From Planctomycetota bacterium (lineage in GTDB: Bacteria > Planctomycetota > UBA8108 > SXIK01): a stretch of 64,000 bases of DNA. The position numbers were made by a program, and so were the translations under genes. Positions 58,692 to 64,000 of the stretch are shown piece after piece; within the stretch, counting starts at the first letter, position 1; each line of letters starts with the position of its first letter. The notes under the pieces are model-generated. The model made no database searches and was not told where the DNA came from. It worked only from the letters and a program-made list of their open reading frames with translations. The stretch spans positions 416,001 through 480,000 of the forward strand of contig OZ244999.1 in NCBI GenBank assembly GCA_965223265.1, written 5' to 3'.

Positions 58692-60194
58692 ATGGCTTCT
58701 TCTTCCGTCGTACTGAGTATGCGTGGAATTCGTAAGAGCTTCGGGCCGACGCATGCATTAAGAGGTGTCGATCTGGAAGTTATGGAAGGGGAAGTTCACG
58801 CGTTGGTCGGTGAGAACGGGGCGGGGAAGAGCACGCTCATGAAAGTGCTCTCGGGCGCTGTCGGGGCCGACTCTGGTGACATTTGGCTTGGCGGTGCACC
58901 ATACACACCAAGTGGGCCGAGTGCGGCGCGCGAGCGCGGCGTCAGCATGATCTATCAGGAACTGAATCTCGCTCCTGATCTGAGCGTGGAAGAGAACATC
59001 TTTCTCGGCATGGAGCGGGCGACGTGTGGTTTCGTGAAGCAGCGCCGGCAGCGGCGCGCAGCCCGCGAGGCGTTGGACCTACTCGGTCACCTCGATATCG
59101 AGCCTAGCACGATCGTAGAAACGTTGAGCCTGGCGAATCAGCAGATCGTGGAGATTGCACGCGCTCTCGTGGCACGCGCGCGCCTGATCGTGCTCGACGA
59201 GCCGACGAGTTCGCTCACCTTGGTCGATACCGAGCGTCTGTTTGGCGTCATCGAAAGATTGAGCGCGCAGGGGGTGAGTTTCGTTTACATCAGTCACTTC
59301 TTGGAAGAAGTCAAGCGGGTCGCTTCTCGCTTCACGGTTCTGCGTGAAGGAGAGACCGTTGGCTCTGGTTCTGTCGCCAAGACCGAGATCGATGCCATCA
59401 TCTCGCTGATGATTGGGCGACCGCTCGAGCAGTTTTATCCTGACGTACCCCACATGCCCGGCGAGCCGATTCTCTCAGTCGAGAGACTCGTCGGTGATCG
59501 CGAGCCTCGGGGAGTCGACTTCGAACTTCGTCGTGGAGAGATTCTTGGCATTGCTGGGCTCGTCGGCGCTGGGCGAACCGAGACTCTGCGCGCGATCTAT
59601 GGCCTCGATCCGGTCCGGAGTGGTGCCGTCAAGATCGCCTCATTCAGTAGCGGCAGCGCTCGCCCGTCCGTTCGAGTCCGCCAAGGAGTCGCCTTCGTGA
59701 GCGAGAATCGAAAGGAAGAAGGACTGGCGGTCGAACTTTCGATTGCTGACAACATCACACTTTCATACTTCGAACCGGTCTCGATGTGCGGTTGGATTCC
59801 GCCGGCCCGTCAGCGTGACGCGGCGCAGCGCTGTATCAAGACCCTTGGCGTTAAGTGCGAGAGTCCACTCTCGCCTGTGAGCTCGCTTTCGGGTGGCAAT
59901 CAGCAGAAGGTAGCGTTAGCTCGCGTCCTGCACCAGGAGGCGGAGATCATCCTTCTCGACGAACCTACGCGTGGCATCGACGTGGGCAGCAAAATTGAGG
60001 TGTACCGTCTCATGGGGGAGCTCGCAGCGAGCGACAAAGCCGTGCTCTTCGTCAGCTCTTATTTCCCCGAGCTCCTTGGTGTCGCCGACCGCGTCGCTGT
60101 GATGCACCGCGGACGACTGAGCCCGATTCGCGCTGCTGGCGAGTGGAGTGAACAATCGATGATGGCCTATGCAACCAAAGGGTCTTTGAGTTGA
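58692..60194 (+). CDS. Sugar ABC transporter ATP-binding protein (RbsA-like)
   Basis: [33 protein letters not shown]; start taken at ATG 58692. Confidence 0.93.
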   Translation: MASSSVVLSMRGIRKSFGPTHALRGVDLEVMEGEVHALVGENGAGKSTLMKVLSGAVGADSGDIWLGGAPYTPSGPSAARERGVSMIYQELNLAPDLSVEENIFLGMERATCGFVKQRRQRRAAREALDLLGHLDIEPSTIVETLSLANQQIVEIARALVARARLIVLDEPTSSLTLVDTERLFGVIERLSAQGVSFVYISHFLEEVKRVASRFTVLREGETVGSGSVAKTEIDAIISLMIGRPLEQFYPDVPHMPGEPILSVERLVGDREPRGVDFELRRGEILGIAGLVGAGRTETLRAIYGLDPVRSGAVKIASFSSGSARPSVRVRQGVAFVSENRKEEGLAVELSIADNITLSYFEPVSMCGWIPPARQRDAAQRCIKTLGVKCESPLSPVSSLSGGNQQKVALARVLHQEAEIILLDEPTRGIDVGSKIEVYRLMGELAASDKAVLFVSSYFPELLGVADRVAVMHRGRLSPIRAAGEWSEQSMMAYATKGSLS

Positions 60195-61222
60195 ATCGCT
60201 CGGATACGCCAGCATTGAGTGAGGGGAATGCGGCCGATCGTCCGCGCCCCGGCGTTGTCCGGTCTCTTTTCTCACTCGTCGCACCGTTCTTGGGGCTCAT
60301 CGTCATCTGGCTTTTCTTTTTCGTCTACGGCCTGCTTGACGGCGACCCCGAGACGAGTCTTAGCGCACTCCTGCGTGTCGGTAATCTGAAACTTGTGGCG
60401 CTGCAAACGACGATTGTGGCAGTGGCTGCGCTCGGCATGACACTCATCATCATCAGCGGTGGAATCGACCTCAGTCCTGGCTCGACGATCGCCCTGAGTA
60501 CCGTTGTGGTGGCCGTCACGCTTCGAGCAGAGATGTCGCCATTTGTTGCGCTCGTGACTGGCATCGGGGCGGCAACGATCGTCGGTCTTGTCAACGGTGT
60601 TGTGATCACGGCGTTTAGGATTGTCCCCTTCATCGTGACGCTGGGGATGATGGGAGTGGCGCGCGGTGTGGCTAAGTTTTTCGCTGCCGAGCAGCGAGTG
60701 ACGGCACCGGTAACCTGGTTGAACGACGTTTTGGCGCTGCCGAACCCTCGAGCTCCGGTGTGGGTCTTGCCGAGCGGCGTCTGGATCCTGATCGCTCTTT
60801 CGATCTTGCTCTACTTTCTATTGAGATTCACCGTGTTCGGTCGCCATGTCTTCGCGATCGGCTCGAGCGAGCCCACCGCTCGCCTTTGCGGGATCAACGT
60901 CTCGAGGAGCAAGGTGCTGATCTATACGCTCTCCGGCCTCCTGACAGGAATTGCCGGTGTCCTACAGTTTAGTCGCATCTCCGTCGGCGACCCGACCGCG
61001 GCGATTGGACTCGAGCTTTACATTATCGCCAGTGTCGTCATCGGTGGGGGAAGTCTGAACGGTGGCAAGGGAAGCATTTTGGGTACGATTCTTGGTGCGC
61101 TCGTCATGGGCGTGTTGAAGAACGGTTGCGATCTTTACCTCATTCCAAACTACGTCCAAGAGACGTTCATCGGTGTGATCATCATTGCCGCGGTTGGCGT
61201 CGATCAGGTCCGGCGGCGATGA
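60191..61222 (+). CDS. Sugar ABC transporter permease (RbsC-like)
   Basis: GGIDLS, PFIVTLG, ELYIIASVVIGGGSL. Confidence 0.92.
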   Translation: MNRSDTPALSEGNAADRPRPGVVRSLFSLVAPFLGLIVIWLFFFVYGLLDGDPETSLSALLRVGNLKLVALQTTIVAVAALGMTLIIISGGIDLSPGSTIALSTVVVAVTLRAEMSPFVALVTGIGAATIVGLVNGVVITAFRIVPFIVTLGMMGVARGVAKFFAAEQRVTAPVTWLNDVLALPNPRAPVWVLPSGVWILIALSILLYFLLRFTVFGRHVFAIGSSEPTARLCGINVSRSKVLIYTLSGLLTGIAGVLQFSRISVGDPTAAIGLELYIIASVVIGGGSLNGGKGSILGTILGALVMGVLKNGCDLYLIPNYVQETFIGVIIIAAVGVDQVRRR

Positions 61223-61391
61223 ATCGACGATCCGTGAGCGAGTCTCGGGATCGGACGATCATCCATGAGGTGTCGGGGTCGAACCGGACGTATCGCGGGC
61301 AGAGCGTAGAGCGCCGCGCCTGCCTCAACTGAGGGAGGAGATGGGGTTCGAGCGAGGAATCAAGCGTTCGGTGAACGGTTCAGGCGCACGG

Positions 61392-61421
61392 TTGCTTTCG
61401 GCGTACCAAGCACGTTAGAAT
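61392..61421 (+). promoter_or_regulatory. Putative sigma70 promoter of the small basic ORF
   Basis: TTGCTT-18 bp-TAGAAT. Confidence 0.55.
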
Positions 61422-61457
61422 GCCGAATTCGAAACGATACCCAAGGAGTTCTCCTCG

Positions 61458-61538
61458 ATGCGAAAGAAGCACCGCGGCCGCCGTAAGATGGGCCAGAAGA
61501 AGCGGAAAGCGCGGAAGAAGCGCCGGATGAAGAAATAA
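61458..61538 (+). CDS. 26-aa highly basic protein (tiny ribosomal-protein-like)
   Basis: Hand-translated MRKKHRGRRKMGQKKRKARKKRRMKK*, RBS AAGGAG at 61443-61448, upstream promoter. Confidence 0.75.
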   Translation: MRKKHRGRRKMGQKKRKARKKRRMKK

Positions 61539-61586
61539 CGCCGTCTGCTGAACGCAGCGCTCTTCGTGGTTGTTGTTGCCGCGGTG

Positions 61587-62411
61587 TCAGTCGCTCGCGT
61601 TCATCGCCTGCTGCAGGGTCGTGAGCGCCGTGCGTGCCACCGTCTCGGGATCCGGACTATAGTCGAACGGCTCCGATGACACCCAGCCCCTGTAGCCGCT
61701 CGCTTTCAGCGCGGACAGGACCGGCGTGAAATCCATCTCGCCCATGCCGGGGCCGACGCCGCTCGGCTCGTTGGCGTGAAAATAGCCGGTGCCAGCGCCA
61801 TGTTTGTCGATCGTGCCGATGATTCCGTCCGGCATTCCGGACATGGCTTTGCAGTCGAGCATGTAGCCAACGTTCGGGTGGTGGACGTCACGACCGATCG
61901 ACAAGGCGTCCTCGATCGTCTGAATGAAGTTCGTTTCGTTCGGATGGAGAGCTTCGACGAGAAGATGCACACCGCGTGCTGCGAGCGTATCGCCGAGCTG
62001 GCGGAGCGAATCGACCGCTCGTGCCCGCACGCCGACTGGATCGCCGCCTTCGGGAATGTTGCGCTGCGCCGGCGAGCCTAAGATCATGACGCGGCCGCCA
62101 AGGTCGGCGCAAAAATCCGTGAGCGAACGGAGGTAATCGACCGTGCGGCTGCGTACTGCGTCATCGTCTGTCGTCAGGTGAAGTCCCTTGGGTGAGACGA
62201 GCAGCCAATGGAGGCCGACGATGTCGATGCCACAGTCTGCGGCGCAGCCGCGGATTGCTTTCCGTTCCTCGGCCGAGACGTCGTCCACTGATTCTGCGAC
62301 CGTGAACGGCGCGATCTCAATGCCATCGAACCCGAGTTCAGCGACCGTCTGGATTGTGTCGACGATCGGCGTCTTGAAGACTTCGCTGCAGAGTGCCAAC
62401 TTGAAGCTCAC
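61587..62411 (-). CDS. Sugar phosphate isomerase/epimerase (xylose-isomerase-like TIM barrel)
   Basis: GFDGIEIAPF, GLHWLL, LGSPAQR, EALHPNE, HANE, GPGMG, SEPF; start taken at GTG 62411. Confidence 0.88.
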   Translation of the reverse strand: MSFKLALCSEVFKTPIVDTIQTVAELGFDGIEIAPFTVAESVDDVSAEERKAIRGCAADCGIDIVGLHWLLVSPKGLHLTTDDDAVRSRTVDYLRSLTDFCADLGGRVMILGSPAQRNIPEGGDPVGVRARAVDSLRQLGDTLAARGVHLLVEALHPNETNFIQTIEDALSIGRDVHHPNVGYMLDCKAMSGMPDGIIGTIDKHGAGTGYFHANEPSGVGPGMGEMDFTPVLSALKASGYRGWVSSEPFDYSPDPETVARTALTTLQQAMNASD

Positions 62412-62642
62412 GTGTGCCTCTCCCGTTCGGTAAATAGAAGACAACGATCTTATCCTCTCCCTCTCCTGCGATCAAATGTCGCAATCTCTTGCGCTTGATC
62501 CGCAGGGAGCAGCGGGGGAGTCGGTTCAGAATTGGCGATACCTTCCGTCGAGCGCTAAACTTCCCATTTCGCGTCCCGCGGCTCCAATTCGAGCTGCGCG
62601 CAGGGGCGCACTTCGCTCACAACTGACAACGCGCGTAGCCCC

Positions 62643-63824
62643 GTGAACCTGACCGAACCCGTCTCCCCCATCCCGGATGAACACGACTGGGGGCAAACCT
62701 CTCTTCTGAGCTACCACGGCCCAGACGGCAAGCCGTTGACGCCGGTAGTCCCGGACGCGGAAATTCAGCAACTCAGCTGGAATGCGCGCTATGAGGTGCG
62801 TCGCCGATTGGGTCAGGGTGCGCAGGGCGTCGTGTACTTAGCCAGGCGCAGCGGCGCAGATGGTTACTTCACGAACGTCGCGCTCAAGGTCTTCTTTCGC
62901 CACCCGAGATTGAGCGCGGAAGCGTATACCGAGGAAATGCGCCGGATCGCGACACAGTCGCAGCGCGTGAGCCAGATTCAGCACGACAATATCATCTCGA
63001 TTCGCGATTTCGTGTCTCTCGATGACACGCGTGTCATGGTCGTCGAGTGGGTCGATGGACTCGACCTGGCGCGGCTCTTGGATCTGAGGCGACTGAAACA
63101 GCTGCAGCGGCGATTGCCTGAGAAGATGGGTCGACATCTCACCGACGTACTGGTCGAGCCGGGTGAAGATCACTGCCGCGTCAAGCCGGGCATCGCGGTC
63201 GATATCTTGCGCGGCTGTTTGGCGGGGCTGTCATCTCTCCACCACGCGGGCATCGCGCACTGCGACTTGAAACCGTCGAACGTCATGGTGAAGCGCACCG
63301 GAACGAAGAAGCTGATCGATCTGGACAGCTCCCTCTTGATCACTGAGTCGCAAGGGAAGCTTCGTGGCACACCGTACTACATGGCGCCTGAGCAGCTTCT
63401 TGGCAAACCCCTTCGATTGCGTTCTGACGTTGCCAGTTTGGGTTATATGTTGATCGAGATGTTGACGGGGAAGTACCTCTTTAGAAAGGCGGAGTCGATC
63501 AGTCAGCTTCTGCTTGCGAAGCAGAATCTGCCGAAACAGCTGCACACGGTGCTCCCACGTGAGATCCGCCGCGACGAGTTGTTGTACGGGCTGATCAGCA
63601 AGATGATCGCCGTCGATCCGCAAGATCGTTTCCCGGATGCTGACGCCGCGGAGCTCGACAAGGTCGGCGCCGTCAGCTTCCATCGCCATTTGGTCAAGAC
63701 CGATCTGGACACCGAATACGAGCGTGAGCTTGCGTGGTGGCTCGAGCTCCTTCACGCGCACGATTTGTACCGCGGGAACGAGGGGATCGAGGGTCCCGCT
63801 GCGCCGCGCGACTCGACAGTTTGA
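62643..63824 (+). CDS. Soluble Ser/Thr protein kinase
   Basis: LGQGAQGVVY, VALK, HCDLKPSN, GTPYYMAPE, SDVASLG. Confidence 0.9.
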   Translation: MNLTEPVSPIPDEHDWGQTSLLSYHGPDGKPLTPVVPDAEIQQLSWNARYEVRRRLGQGAQGVVYLARRSGADGYFTNVALKVFFRHPRLSAEAYTEEMRRIATQSQRVSQIQHDNIISIRDFVSLDDTRVMVVEWVDGLDLARLLDLRRLKQLQRRLPEKMGRHLTDVLVEPGEDHCRVKPGIAVDILRGCLAGLSSLHHAGIAHCDLKPSNVMVKRTGTKKLIDLDSSLLITESQGKLRGTPYYMAPEQLLGKPLRLRSDVASLGYMLIEMLTGKYLFRKAESISQLLLAKQNLPKQLHTVLPREIRRDELLYGLISKMIAVDPQDRFPDADAAELDKVGAVSFHRHLVKTDLDTEYERELAWWLELLHAHDLYRGNEGIEGPAAPRDSTV

Positions 63825-63829
63825 GGAAG

Positions 63830-64000
63830 TCAGTAACGTCCGTCGCGCGTCTCAAAATGAGTCGGCTTGTCGAAGGTCTTCCCTCCTGCGCGCACCCATG
63901 CCGCGACCCACGTGATCATCTGGTCGACGCTGACGGACTGCTCGCCCAGCAGCGATCGCGCCTTCGAGTCGTCGCTTAAGAATGCGTTAGGTCCCTCAGA
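63830..64000 (-). CDS. C-terminal part of an NAD-dependent epimerase/dehydratase-like protein (truncated by window)
   Basis: Hand translation SEGPNAFLSDDSKARSLLG..MITWVAAWVRAGGKTFDKPTHFETRDGRY*. Confidence 0.7.
   Translation of the reverse strand, partial: SEGPNAFLSDDSKARSLLGEQSVSVDQMITWVAAWVRAGGKTFDKPTHFETRDGRY

Noticed and set aside
61290-61360. tRNA-like words (GTAGAGCG, GGTTCGAG)
   Set aside because: No acceptor stem, T-stem or anticodon arm can be built

Overview
GC-rich bacterial chromosomal window. The protein repertoire (PQQ-like beta-propeller, ThuA+DUF1080 fusion, prenyltransferase-like/HEAT protein, ECF/ZAS pair, soluble Ser/Thr kinase) suggests Planctomycetota; this is inference. 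It is mostly metabolic/housekeeping: a split Tm-1-like gene pair, a Ca/Na antiporter, two sugar-type ABC transporters, glnD-PII-amt, ftsH, lipB, an orphan E2 acyltransferase, a mannitol-1-P-dehydrogenase-like gene with a broken 5' end, nth, an mntR/troABCD Mn/Zn/Fe locus, fbp, NCS2 permease, Ntn acylase, Cys/Met PLP lyase, CCA enzyme, M20 peptidase and a TIGR03546/TIGR03545-like pair. I saw no rRNA, tRNA, CRISPR array, transposase or phage genes. The most notable items outside the ORF track are: (1) a 160-bp hairpin MITE in two near-identical copies with YTAG target duplications, plus a third internally deleted relic; (2) a 26-aa Lys/Arg-rich ORF with its own promoter and RBS, resembling tiny ribosomal proteins; (3) two similarly built bipartite hexamer arrays, one intergenic and one in frame inside a gene; (4) a palindromic operator overlapping divergent mntR/tro promoters, with DtxR-like domains fused to the permeases; (5) a frameshift next to a 12-bp tandem repeat at the start of the mtlD-like gene. 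All family calls come from motif recognition by eye, not database searches.
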